64,000 nucleotides of DNA from Nitrososphaerota archaeon (GCA_021324115.1 JAJPJS010000025.1:200343-264342), one strand, 5' to 3'. Shown: positions 34,694 through 43,752, counted from the first letter of the stretch. Numbers and translations: made by a program. The notes: generated by a model not told the origin, from the sequence alone.

Positions 34694-35614
34694 TTGTGGA
34701 CAATTGAGGGGTATATCTTATTGAACGCACAACCCATTCTCGGGGAAGTCAGCTCGTCGGGTGGTCTGTTGAGGATAGGACTGTTAGGCAGGTCAAAGGG
34801 GAAGAAGGTGGGTATCAGAGATAAGGTTACGGCGGCCATCCATAATTTGGAGCTTCATAAAAAGGAGGTCCAGACCTTAAGGAAGAGACTGCAGGACAGA
34901 AGCAACAGGTTGTTTGAAAACGTCGTGGTCGCAATTCAGGCGAATGAGAATGACAAAGCTACGATTTACGCAAACGAAAACATAGAGATAAAAAAGATAA
35001 TGGGTATACTTTGGACGGCCGAGCTTGCGCTCACACAGTTTGTGTTGAGGCTTGAAAGCATCAGGGATGTGGGTGAGGCCGTAAATGAAATGAGCCTGGC
35101 ATTCGGAGTGATCAAGGGAATGGAGAAGACACTTCAGGGCTTTCCTGCCGAAATGAGCACAATCCAGTCGAATATACAAAACACCCTGACAGAGATGATG
35201 TCGGACCTAGGCCAGATAGCACCAGACCTTCATGTGAATCTGGAAACATCAGATGGGGAGCAGATATTAGAGGAGGCAATGAAATATCTGGACGAACAGA
35301 TCGTCAAGAAGGAACTCTCCGTGCAACCATCTCAGGTCCCCGGATCGTCCCAGTTTGAGGAAGCGAAGAAGACTGCGCTTCTGGCTTCCGCTGAAGATGA
35401 AGATGAGGACCCGTTCAAAATCAGTCTGGTAAAAGTTCCCGCGGTTGAACTGGATGAAGCAGTCAGTCAGCACCTCCGGGACAAGTCGGGCAGGCTGGAC
35501 GTCTACGAAACCGCAGCAGCGGTAGGTGCACCTGTCGATGATGTGGAAAAAACAGTTATGAAGCTGGTTTCGGAAGGTAGACTGAAGCTGGACAGGAGGA
35601 GCGATCAGGCTTGA
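34694..35614 (+). CDS. cdvB: CdvB: ESCRT-III core plus a C-terminal winged-helix-like domain
   Basis: Core IRDKVTAAIHNLELHKKEVQTLRKRLQDRSNRLFENVVVAIQANENDKATIYANENIEIKKI...ALTQFVLRL. C-terminal LDEAVSQHLRDKSGRLDVYETAAAVGAPVDDVEKTVMKLVSEGRLKL. The real start is probably an internal TTG (34721 or 34769), given the TATA at 34685..34695. Confidence 0.8.
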   Translation: MWTIEGYILLNAQPILGEVSSSGGLLRIGLLGRSKGKKVGIRDKVTAAIHNLELHKKEVQTLRKRLQDRSNRLFENVVVAIQANENDKATIYANENIEIKKIMGILWTAELALTQFVLRLESIRDVGEAVNEMSLAFGVIKGMEKTLQGFPAEMSTIQSNIQNTLTEMMSDLGQIAPDLHVNLETSDGEQILEEAMKYLDEQIVKKELSVQPSQVPGSSQFEEAKKTALLASAEDEDEDPFKISLVKVPAVELDEAVSQHLRDKSGRLDVYETAAAVGAPVDDVEKTVMKLVSEGRLKLDRRSDQA

Positions 35615-36804
35615 GCGAGCAGGCGGCAAAGGAGATAGAAGAAGCTGCGAGGAGATATGCTGCAGAAGCGATAAAGGCAGACAGCCAGGGGAGCTACGGA
35701 ACCGCAATCAATCTTTACCAGAAGGCGATATCAACCCTTATGCGCCTTGTACAGCTATATCCTGAATACAAACTCAATCAACTTTACCTTCAGAGGGCGA
35801 TGACCTATCAAGAAAGGATCAAGGCACTTCAATCAGCGAGAGGCATCATACCTAACGATTCCAGCCAGGAAGAATTCACTCCCAGAACAGGAACCGCCGC
35901 ATCGGGTGGGACTATGGTGGAAACACTGAAGGCCTCTTATGACGACCTTGTTGTGAAGGAGAAGCCGGAGGTAAGAATCGAGGATGTGGTGGGGCTGGAG
36001 GATGCGAAGAGAGCGCTCAAAGAATCCATTATATTTCCTTACAAGAGGCCAGACCTATTTCCCCTCGGCTGGCCCCGCGGGATACTGCTTTACGGCCCAC
36101 CGGGATGCGGGAAAACCATGCTCGCTGCCGCCACGGCAGCGGAGATCGACGGCTACTTTATGACAGTCGATGCTGCTAGTATAATGAGCAAATGGCTGGG
36201 CGAGGGTGAAAGGAATGTTGCGAAACTGTTTGCGACGTCCAGGAAAATGACGGAGGATGGACATCCTGTTATAATATTCATAGACGAGGTGGATTCCATA
36301 CTGGGCGTAAGAAATCAGGAAGTAGGGGGAGAAATAAGGGTGAGAAACCAGTTTCTTAAGGAAATGGACGGCGTGCTGGATAAAGGACACAAGCGCCCTC
36401 TCTATGTCCTAGCCGCAACGAACAAACCGTGGCAGCTGGATGCTCCATTTCTCAGAAGGTTCGAAAAGAGGATCTATGTTTCACTTCCTGACACGCCTGC
36501 CAGAAGATTCATGTTTGAACAGTATACCAAGCCTCTTACCCTGGACCAAAGCGTAAGCCTGTCCGAACTTGCGAGACTTTCAGAAAACTACTCCGGCAGC
36601 GATATAAAAGATATCTGCCAAGGGGTGCAGCTCAGAGTGGTTTCCGAACTCTTCGACGGCGGAAGCGCGATGGACCCCAACAACAAACCGAGGCCAATCA
36701 CCATGAACGACTTCAAGGAAGTATTCAGGGCGAGGAAGCCCAGCGTCCCCAGAGACGCCCTGAAAGCATTCATAACCTGGAGCGAGAATTACAAGGCCCT
36801 CTGA
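35611..36804 (+). CDS. cdvC: CdvC / Vps4-type AAA+ ATPase with an N-terminal MIT domain
   Basis: MIT-like AARRYAAEAIKADSQGSYGTAINLYQKAISTLMRLVQLYPE. Walker A GPPGCGKT. Walker B IIFIDEVDS. SRH VLAATNKPWQLDAPFLRRFEKRIYV. The TTG start overlaps the cdvB stop (TTGA at 35611..35614). Confidence 0.9.
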   Translation: MSEQAAKEIEEAARRYAAEAIKADSQGSYGTAINLYQKAISTLMRLVQLYPEYKLNQLYLQRAMTYQERIKALQSARGIIPNDSSQEEFTPRTGTAASGGTMVETLKASYDDLVVKEKPEVRIEDVVGLEDAKRALKESIIFPYKRPDLFPLGWPRGILLYGPPGCGKTMLAAATAAEIDGYFMTVDAASIMSKWLGEGERNVAKLFATSRKMTEDGHPVIIFIDEVDSILGVRNQEVGGEIRVRNQFLKEMDGVLDKGHKRPLYVLAATNKPWQLDAPFLRRFEKRIYVSLPDTPARRFMFEQYTKPLTLDQSVSLSELARLSENYSGSDIKDICQGVQLRVVSELFDGGSAMDPNNKPRPITMNDFKEVFRARKPSVPRDALKAFITWSENYKAL

Positions 36805-36826
36805 GTATCAATCTAGCTTGTATCAA

Positions 36827-36840
36827 TTAAGCTTAAATTC
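36827..36840 (+). promoter_or_regulatory. Putative TATA element for rpl38e (leaderless geometry)
   Basis: ttaagcttaaattc is centred about 27 nt upstream of ATG 36862. Confidence 0.35.
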
Positions 36841-36861
36841 GTATGTTTCGGCGGTACAACC

Positions 36862-37278
36862 ATGCCAAAGCAGATCTATGATTCAAAGACGTTCAAGAGC
36901 CTTATACCCCGAGCCGAAGAAATCAGGGTGGCAAGGTCGAAGGGAAAGACAAAACTGAAGGTACGTACGAAGGGAATGCTCTATACATATGTTTCAGACG
37001 ATTCTGAAGCCGAAAAGCTGCTCAGGAACGTGGATAAGCCCATTGTCGAGGTAAACCCGAAGACTGGAAAAGCAGAAGAAAAGGAGAAGGGAACGAAAGA
37101 AAAGAAAGAGAAGGAGAAAGAGAAAGAGGAAAAGGAAGAGGAACCCGAAGAAGCAGAAGAAGCAGAAGAAACGGAAAAGGAGGAAGAAACCAAGCAACCT
37201 AAGCGCGCTCAGAGAAGGACGAAGAAGGCTCCAGAAGATTCAGGGAAAGAGGATGAGGAAGAAGACGGTGAGAAGTAG
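36862..37278 (+). CDS. rpl38e: 50S ribosomal protein L38e with a long Lys/Glu-rich C-terminal extension
   Basis: MPKQIYDSKTFKSLIPRAEEIRVARSKGKTKLKVRTKGMLYTYVSDDSEAEKLLRNV parallels eukaryotic L38 (MPxxIxxIKxF...KFKVRCSRYLYTLVxxDxEKAEKLKQSL). Residues from about 68 to 138 form a KE-rich tail. Confidence 0.75.
   Translation: MPKQIYDSKTFKSLIPRAEEIRVARSKGKTKLKVRTKGMLYTYVSDDSEAEKLLRNVDKPIVEVNPKTGKAEEKEKGTKEKKEKEKEKEEKEEEPEEAEEAEETEKEEETKQPKRAQRRTKKAPEDSGKEDEEEDGEK
37066..37190 (+). repeat. Polypurine (GAA/GAG-rich) low-complexity tract encoding the L38e tail
   Basis: About 125 nt that are almost exclusively A/G on the plus strand, including the tandem gaagaagca-gaagaagca. It produces two spurious antisense ORFs (36981..37193 and 36994..37197). 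Confidence 0.8.
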
Positions 37279-38073
37279 GGGAATCGTCAGACCAGGAAGT
37301 GCCCTCCTCCGGCTCAGAAGCGCCAGTGTAAGGAAAAACCCAACATCGACAAGTACGAGAACCCCCAGAGCGCCAATAACCCCCTTTATTATGTAGCCTG
37401 TTGCAGGCGCCATCGAGTAAAAAACCTGGTCACCGAGTCCTATCGAAATATGACCGACGTCAAAGCTGAGCATACCGAACCCCGGTTCATCGATCACCTT
37501 CTTTAGCGGTCCCCTGAAAACTGCAAACACATCGTATAACGCGAAAAACAAGAAAACAAGGTACACGGTGGGGGGTGTGAACATGACCGCCAGAAATGAA
37601 CCCGCTTCTGAACTTATCAGCACCGCGTAGGCTGCCTTTGAAATATCCTTCCCCCTCATAACTGTAAGATAGCCCACAATACCAATCACCACCCCAAATG
37701 CCTCTGGAAGAGGGTCAGGTATTCCTGTCAATGCCAGAATTATGTATGTCAGAAGCACCACCAGAAGCGACTCGGCAACAGCATAGAACTGTTTTATCGC
37801 TGTCCTCCTTCTGAGCTTGAGAAAGGCAAGGGTTCCTGCTATGGGAAGAGAAAGAAAGATCAATGCATTCAGCACGGGCGCGCCTCCGCCGCTGTAGGGC
37901 TGAAAGGTAACCGCGCCCTGGAGTGGCATGAGTTCATAGACGAACGCCAGCGCCGCAAGCTGGGTTACAAAGGTCACAAGTACCGGGTAGGTCGAGGAGC
38001 GGAGTTCCATCTTCGTCTGGCCGGTGTGCAGAAACCCTCTATTAAGCCCTGTGACCTTATCTGTCTGGGACAC
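37240..38073 (-). CDS. Presenilin/signal-peptide-peptidase homolog (A22 intramembrane aspartyl protease, PSH-like)
   Basis: Multi-TM protein with YD motif FFALYDVFAVF, GxGD motif ISIGLGDQVFY and a PAL-like RRALPGLTIP. Its 3' end overlaps the L38e tail by 39 nt (convergent genes). Confidence 0.75.
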   Translation of the reverse strand: MSQTDKVTGLNRGFLHTGQTKMELRSSTYPVLVTFVTQLAALAFVYELMPLQGAVTFQPYSGGGAPVLNALIFLSLPIAGTLAFLKLRRRTAIKQFYAVAESLLVVLLTYIILALTGIPDPLPEAFGVVIGIVGYLTVMRGKDISKAAYAVLISSEAGSFLAVMFTPPTVYLVFLFFALYDVFAVFRGPLKKVIDEPGFGMLSFDVGHISIGLGDQVFYSMAPATGYIIKGVIGALGVLVLVDVGFFLTLALLSRRRALPGLTIPLLLTVFFLILFP

Positions 38074-38081
38074 ATATTCGG

Positions 38082-38630
38082 TCAGAGTTTGTTCTGCTCA
38101 ACCCTTGACGCGCAGCTTTGGCAAAGGTACGGCAGCCTGGCATCCACATCCTGAACAGTTCTGGCAAAACTCATTATGCAGGCGGGATTCTCGCAGTGGC
38201 CCAGACCTACAAGGTGGCCCAGTTCGTGAGCAACCTCCTTGTATATTCTCTCCCCCAGAGTCCTCCCCGTCGCCGAATCTCGCAACCGGTGAAGAGAAAC
38301 GACCGCCGCCCCCTTCCTTGGGTCTGCAAGGCCGAAGACAAAATTAGCACCCTGAACATAGAGGTCGGCTTCGGTAATGCCGAGCACGAAATCAGTTCCT
38401 CCATTTCCACGAATTTCAGCCAGTTTCGGTAGTATCTTGTTCGCGTCCCACTGCCCTCTTTCTGTACTGAAGCTGTTGCCGTCCAATTCGATTGGGCCCT
38501 GCGCATTGATAACTCGGAGACCGTAAAGGCTGGCTCCGGTGGCAGCCGGCATCGGGTCATTGAAGGTCATAGGGGTGCCAAGGAAAACAACTGAAAGAAG
38601 ACGTGTTTTATCAGACTTCAATTTCTTCAC
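38082..38630 (-). CDS. amzA: Archaemetzincin (peptidase M54, AmzA)
   Basis: HELGHLVGLGHCENPACIMSF...CQSC equals HExxHxxGxxH plus the Cys4 zinc site typical of archaemetzincins. Confidence 0.85.
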   Translation of the reverse strand: MKKLKSDKTRLLSVVFLGTPMTFNDPMPAATGASLYGLRVINAQGPIELDGNSFSTERGQWDANKILPKLAEIRGNGGTDFVLGITEADLYVQGANFVFGLADPRKGAAVVSLHRLRDSATGRTLGERIYKEVAHELGHLVGLGHCENPACIMSFARTVQDVDARLPYLCQSCASRVEQNKL

Positions 38631-39870
38631 CTACTTTTGGAACGCTCGCATCTAGGCCGATTTCCTTTCTGAGTGTTTCGGCGAAACCTTCACTGTACTC
38701 CTTTTCCCCGTGCACCACAATCACCTTGGGCGAGCCCTTCACCTTGTGCCTGAAGAAATTAAACAGTTCGGTCTTACCAAGATGAGAGGAGAAGTCAAAC
38801 CTCTGAACATCGGCCCTGACACGGCTGTACCGCTTTCCGTCCAGCTTGACCTCATGCCTTTCGAGCAGCCTAGCACCAGGTGTACCGGGCACCTGGAAGG
38901 ACACTATAGCTATCGCACTTCTGGGATCCTTTGCCACATGTGAATTATAAAACACAGATGCGCCACCTACCAGCATTCCTGCAGGGGAAATTATGACCGA
39001 AGGATCTCTGACGGCTCTCTGCCTGGTTCCCCACTCCGTCACATACTCCACCCTCGACAGGGCCTTGGAAAGGTAATCAACGTCCCTCACATATTCGCCA
39101 TTTTCAAGAAGAATCTGGTTGGTCTTCAGGGCCATGCCGTCCATGTACACCTTCCCTTTGAATCCATGAGCGTAAAGTATGCAAGCGATTTCCTGGGCAC
39201 GACCGACTGCAAAGGAAGGGACCAGAAAAACACCACCGTTGTCCACAACAGACCTTGCCGCCTCCACGAACCTCTTTTCCTCCTCGTTCCTGTCTGGATG
39301 GTCAGAATAGGAGTAAGTACTCTCGGTTATTATGACATCAACGTCAAGGGAAGGAAGCTTCGCACCGTCTAACAACTGTGTCTTTGATGTGTTCATATCA
39401 CCCGTATAAGCAACACTGGAACCATTCTCCAAGAGTGTTATTGCGCTTCCCGGAATGTGTCCAGCATCATAGAGAAGCATCTTGATTCCGCCGATCCGCA
39501 CCTCTTCTTCATACCCCACCGGAGAATAGGACTTCGAAAAATTCCTCACCGCATCCGAATCAAATGGGAGCACGGGTCCGCTTATGTGTAAAAAGTCATG
39601 GAGCAGGAGCTCTGTCAGGTATCTGGTGACCGGGGTTCCATAACATGTGGGTCCGGCGGAAAGGTAGAGTAAAGGAGCTCCACCAACATGATCAAGGTGA
39701 GCATGGCTCAAAACCAGTGCATCCAGGTCCTTTGGCCTGACATGCGCAGGGAAAAGTGGCTCCCTGTGCATCTGAACGCCATAGTCGAGCAGCACCCTGC
39801 TCCCTTCGGATTCTACAACAAAGGCAGACCTGCCCACCTCGCCTGCCGCTCCCAAAACTTTGACTTGCAT
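38611..39870 (-). CDS. beta-CASP family metallo-beta-lactamase ribonuclease (aCPSF2-like, no KH domains)
   Basis: MBL motif VLSHAHLDHVGG, DAGHIPGS, and a beta-CASP region with a C-terminal VVHGE. Length of about 420 aa. Confidence 0.8.
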   Translation of the reverse strand: MQVKVLGAAGEVGRSAFVVESEGSRVLLDYGVQMHREPLFPAHVRPKDLDALVLSHAHLDHVGGAPLLYLSAGPTCYGTPVTRYLTELLLHDFLHISGPVLPFDSDAVRNFSKSYSPVGYEEEVRIGGIKMLLYDAGHIPGSAITLLENGSSVAYTGDMNTSKTQLLDGAKLPSLDVDVIITESTYSYSDHPDRNEEEKRFVEAARSVVDNGGVFLVPSFAVGRAQEIACILYAHGFKGKVYMDGMALKTNQILLENGEYVRDVDYLSKALSRVEYVTEWGTRQRAVRDPSVIISPAGMLVGGASVFYNSHVAKDPRSAIAIVSFQVPGTPGARLLERHEVKLDGKRYSRVRADVQRFDFSSHLGKTELFNFFRHKVKGSPKVIVVHGEKEYSEGFAETLRKEIGLDASVPKVGEEIEV

Positions 39871-39926
39871 GAAATATCACGATATAATATTGATAGGCTG
39901 GCTTTTTAAGGGGTGGTTTTAAACCT

Positions 39927-40649
39927 TTGTCTGGCCCTCAAATCATGATAGAAGTGATTCCCAAGGACTTGGACCTCAAGGGTGGCAGGATCATCACTGG
40001 TTTCCATGGAATAGGCGCCACCGGATACTGGACAACACGGTACCTTATTCAGAAACTGAATGCAGAGAGGATCGCATTTCTTGATTCAGAATACATGGCA
40101 CCCGTGGCTGCTACTTCGAGCGGAAAGCTGGTAACGCCCCATGAATTGTACAGAGCCGCGAACCTGTACTTTTTCAAAATAGATGTGCCCGTTTACAGGG
40201 AGCACGAAGTCCCGTTCTACAGGGAGCTTGCCACCTGGATTCAATCCGCTGGCTTCTCGGAGGCTGCACTGATCGGTGGTCTGGACTCAAACCTAAAGGT
40301 GGATGACAGCTCACACAGGGTGGTGTTCACCAGAAGTTTCATTCCGAGACCGCCCCTGACCGATTCAAAGGTGCTGGAGGACGATCATATAATCGTGGGG
40401 CCCGTTGCCGCTCTTTTGAACAGGTTCGAGGTTCTCGGCTTCCCCGCGTTCGCGATACTCTCCTACGCAACTACGGAGCGTGTGGACCCTCGGGCGGCCT
40501 CTGCCGCAGTGGAGGTACTCTCTTCTCTTTACTCCCTGAACGTCGACATCGAGCCACTCATCAAGGGAGCGGAAGCATTGGAACAGCAGACTTACAGGCA
40601 GGGGAGACCTGCGGAAGAGGACAGACACCCTGGCTCAATGTACACATGA
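39927..40649 (+). CDS. PAC2-family proteasome assembly chaperone (PbaA/PbaB-like)
   Basis: ITGFHGIGATGYWTTRYLIQKL, typical of the PAC2 family. The extreme C-terminus ...GSMYT fits an HbYX (hydrophobic-Tyr-X) proteasome alpha-ring docking motif. Confidence 0.6.
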   Translation: MSGPQIMIEVIPKDLDLKGGRIITGFHGIGATGYWTTRYLIQKLNAERIAFLDSEYMAPVAATSSGKLVTPHELYRAANLYFFKIDVPVYREHEVPFYRELATWIQSAGFSEAALIGGLDSNLKVDDSSHRVVFTRSFIPRPPLTDSKVLEDDHIIVGPVAALLNRFEVLGFPAFAILSYATTERVDPRAASAAVEVLSSLYSLNVDIEPLIKGAEALEQQTYRQGRPAEEDRHPGSMYT

Positions 40650-40657
40650 ATAGCCTT

Positions 40658-42175
40658 CTACCAGCCTGACCTCGAGAGGGATGGCCTTACTCCGGCTTTT
40701 TCAAGCAATGCCTTGAGTTCTGCTCCTTGCCTTCTTCGACCCTTTCCTGGCCTGATCATCACTTTTTTGTAGCCGTTCTTCTTAATGAAATCTGCCAGTC
40801 TGTTCGCAGAACTGAGAAGGACCTCCCTCGATGGTTCCTCAATACATACGTTCTGGGCAAGGGGATGCAACGAAACCGCTGTTACCGGAACGATGGAAAG
40901 GAAAGGGTGGAAGAAAACCACGTCTTCATTCCTCTCTTCTGCTTTGGAAATTATCCTTGCAGAATGGACAAACACCACATCGAATTCCCTTCCTGCCAGC
41001 AGAACAGACAGGGTTCCGTGTCTGGCTGAGAGGTTGATATCCACCTTCCTGATATGCCTTCTCACCTCCGGATTCATAAGATCAGTTTCGTCAAAGAAAA
41101 ATGTCGCCTTGTCCTTTCCCCACCTCAATCCCGAGTCAAACAATTTCAGTGTATTCTTTTCAAACTTCAGAGCAGCAGCAAGATATGGGTGACTCTTCAT
41201 TCTCTGAACCATGTATCCCCAGAGTCTTCCTTCTCTCAGCGCTTCTCTCGTTGAAGCAAGTTCCGATTTCATAATGTGAAGGTTATGTACAGCAAGCTTT
41301 GCGGTGAGTTCAACCTGTGTCATCTGTCGAAGGTCGGTAGTGCTGGTGGAGGAGCAGACAGGGCAGGGACAGGGCAGCTCCTCCAGTTCATGAATATCCC
41401 TGATTGCGGAGGGGGTCATGTACTTCCCCTGCTTGGCGAATAGTATGTATGACGCAGAATCAAACAGGTCGCACCCGAGTGCAACAGCCAATGGAATCAT
41501 GAAAGGGTGTCCGGCTCCGAAGAGGTGCACCGGTTTTTCCACAGGCAGCGCCGATTTTGCCTCAGTAACTAGTCTGACAACTTCTCGAAACCTGTATCCA
41601 TTCATGAGCTCCACGGGGGAGCCGATCGCAAAGACGTCAAAGTCCATCTCGCTCATCCTTCTTGCAGAGAAGCGCACAAGGTCACTGTATGTTCCACCCT
41701 GTATTGGCCCGGCCCAAAGGGGTGGCTTATGCGCGATTTGCTCTATGCATTTTCTCGATGCGGACAGGGTATCCTGCACGGTTTCATTCGCATGGGTTCT
41801 GCTTGATGGATAGCCTGTCGGTCTGTCCAGGATCACCGCTATGTCCGTACCGATTTTTATCTGGAATTCCGCAACTTGGACGGGTGAAGCATCCACATCC
41901 CCATATTCGAGAACCTGATAGCCACCCGAGTCTGTCATTATGATTCCATCGAAGCCTACCTGTTTGTGTATGTCAACCCCCTGTGGAAAATGCTTCATTG
42001 TGATGTAGGAGTTCGTCATTATTGCCTCGAACCCCATCTCCTTCAGAATGCTCACCGGCACCTGCTGCCGGATTGGATGGACGACGGGCAGATACGCCGG
42101 TGTTTGCATGGACCTTCCGCCAACTTCGAGCCTGCCCAGCCTCCCTGCTAGGTCCGTCGCCCTTACTTCAAACAT
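40658..42175 (-). CDS. tgtA: Archaeosine tRNA-guanine transglycosylase (ArcTGT)
   Basis: MFEVRATDLAGRLGRLEVGGRSMQTPAYLPVVHP, DSGGYQ, and Zn site CPCPVCSS. ATG 42175 is preferred over GTG 42193 because a TATA-like cttaaaattg (minus strand, 42198..42207) lies about 27 nt upstream. The C-terminal region does not look like a PUA domain by eye. Confidence 0.85.
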   Translation of the reverse strand: MFEVRATDLAGRLGRLEVGGRSMQTPAYLPVVHPIRQQVPVSILKEMGFEAIMTNSYITMKHFPQGVDIHKQVGFDGIIMTDSGGYQVLEYGDVDASPVQVAEFQIKIGTDIAVILDRPTGYPSSRTHANETVQDTLSASRKCIEQIAHKPPLWAGPIQGGTYSDLVRFSARRMSEMDFDVFAIGSPVELMNGYRFREVVRLVTEAKSALPVEKPVHLFGAGHPFMIPLAVALGCDLFDSASYILFAKQGKYMTPSAIRDIHELEELPCPCPVCSSTSTTDLRQMTQVELTAKLAVHNLHIMKSELASTREALREGRLWGYMVQRMKSHPYLAAALKFEKNTLKLFDSGLRWGKDKATFFFDETDLMNPEVRRHIRKVDINLSARHGTLSVLLAGREFDVVFVHSARIISKAEERNEDVVFFHPFLSIVPVTAVSLHPLAQNVCIEEPSREVLLSSANRLADFIKKNGYKKVMIRPGKGRRRQGAELKALLEKAGVRPSLSRSGW

Positions 42176-42390
42176 TGCGTCCAGCTGGGCCACCCCGCAA
42201 TTTTAAGGGTTCAGCCAGGTCCAACTTATACAGAGAACGAATCAAAGCAGATCACGGATGCAACCACGCCGGCTGAATCTGCCCGAAAGGTTCGACTAGG
42301 AAGCAAGAAGCATTTTTTTCCTGTGGCGATACCGCTGTTGTTCTCTAAAACGAAGAACAATCAAGGATTTATCTTCCCTGATTTAACGGC

Positions 42391-43752
42391 GTGGTCATGG
42401 CGGGGTATTCTGTAGTTCGGGGGGGCACAATTATAACTAACGATGTGACTAGGAGGATAATCAAGAACGGAGCCATTGTGTATGAAGACGACCACATCTT
42501 AAAGGTTGGAAAGGAAGAAGAGTTGTCGAAAGAGTTTGAACACCCTGATTCGATAATCGATGCGCGGAGAAAAATAATCATACCCGGAATCGTCCAGGCC
42601 CACACTCATGTTATGGGACACCTCTTCAAAGGATTCACAGAAGACGGTGCAGAAGATGCATTTTACAAGGTCTGTTTGCCCATGGAGGATTACATAACGC
42701 GTGAGGACGCCTATTGGCTTAGTCTGGTAGGCTGCATCGAAGCAGTAAAATTCGGAACCACGATGATCAACGACATATTCCACTATGCCGATGTAACAGC
42801 GGGCGTCGTCGAGAAGGTAGGGATAAGGGGGGTGATCGAGCAGAAGGTGTTTGACGTAAAATCCCTCGGCAAGATCGGGGATATGGACTACTCAAGGGAC
42901 ATCGATGCCGGGATGAGGCGTCTGAAGTTGAACGAAGAACTGATAAGGAAATGGAACGGGTCATCAAACGGAAGGATAAGGTGCTGGGTCGGAAATCACG
43001 CACCGGACACCAATTCCCCCGAGCTTCTTTCTGCTGGTAGGGAGCTTGCAGATAGGTATGGCGTCGGAATACATATCCATGTAGCGCAATCAACAAGAGA
43101 AGTCAGATACGTGAAGAAAGAGTATGGAAAGACCTCGGTAGAATTTCTCAATTCCCTAGGATTCCTTCGAGATGATGTCGTCTGTGCGCACCTCTCCTTC
43201 GCTGATCCTAAGGACATTGCGATGCTTGAGGCGTCAGGCGCAGGGATGGCGCACTGTCCTGTTATAATGGGAAAGTTTGGTTCTTTTCCAAGGATAGCCG
43301 AATTTCTAAATTCAAAGGTCACAATCGGGCTAGGCTCGGACTGGGTTTCCCTGAATCCATGGGAGGATATGAGGGCGGCCATAGAAATCACCCGGTCAAT
43401 TGCAAAGAACATTTCTCTGCAGAATGCCCAACGGGCGTTCGAGCTCGCAACACTTGGTTCCGCGAAACTTCTGAAGGCTGATCAACAGGTGGGTTCCATC
43501 GAACAGGGAAAGAAGGCGGATATCGTGATCGTGGACCCCAACAGACCCAACCTGGTCCCGATGAGGGATGTGCTTCAGAGCCTGGTTTACAACATGACAG
43601 GAAACGAGGTGGAAACCGTCATCTGCGACGGCAAGCCTGTGGTCAGCAACTTCAGAATGGTCAACGTCGATGAAGATTCGGCGATTCGAAGGGCCCAAGA
43701 AGTGGCCGAAAGGATCTGGACAGAGTCAGGAGTTCATCAATCACCCACCTGA
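42391..43752 (+). CDS. Amidohydrolase-superfamily deaminase (MtaD/DadD-like 5'-methylthioadenosine/S-adenosylhomocysteine or guanine deaminase family)
   Basis: IIPGIVQAHTHVMGH (HxH metal site), GIHIHVAQS, AHC and GSDW motifs. Alternative start at ATG 42397. Confidence 0.75.
   Translation: MVMAGYSVVRGGTIITNDVTRRIIKNGAIVYEDDHILKVGKEEELSKEFEHPDSIIDARRKIIIPGIVQAHTHVMGHLFKGFTEDGAEDAFYKVCLPMEDYITREDAYWLSLVGCIEAVKFGTTMINDIFHYADVTAGVVEKVGIRGVIEQKVFDVKSLGKIGDMDYSRDIDAGMRRLKLNEELIRKWNGSSNGRIRCWVGNHAPDTNSPELLSAGRELADRYGVGIHIHVAQSTREVRYVKKEYGKTSVEFLNSLGFLRDDVVCAHLSFADPKDIAMLEASGAGMAHCPVIMGKFGSFPRIAEFLNSKVTIGLGSDWVSLNPWEDMRAAIEITRSIAKNISLQNAQRAFELATLGSAKLLKADQQVGSIEQGKKADIVIVDPNRPNLVPMRDVLQSLVYNMTGNEVETVICDGKPVVSNFRMVNVDEDSAIRRAQEVAERIWTESGVHQSPT

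Noticed and set aside
36981-37197. Two minus-strand ORFs of Ser/Phe- and Leu/Phe-rich repeats
   Set aside because: They are generated automatically by the complement of the polypurine tract that encodes the L38e tail, so they are low-complexity artefacts.
42275-42305. T-loop-like GGTTCGAC in the tgtA/amidohydrolase spacer, and GGATTCGACC at about 20888..20897, as possible tRNA fragments
   Set aside because: Neither can be extended into acceptor, D or anticodon stems. I found no tRNA cloverleaf anywhere in the window.
42338-42360. Inverted repeat TTGTTCT-N9-AGAACAA just upstream of the amidohydrolase gene
   Set aside because: It is a short 7-bp imperfect-context repeat in an A/T-rich promoter region, which is plausible by chance. 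It would only be interesting if found recurrent genome-wide.
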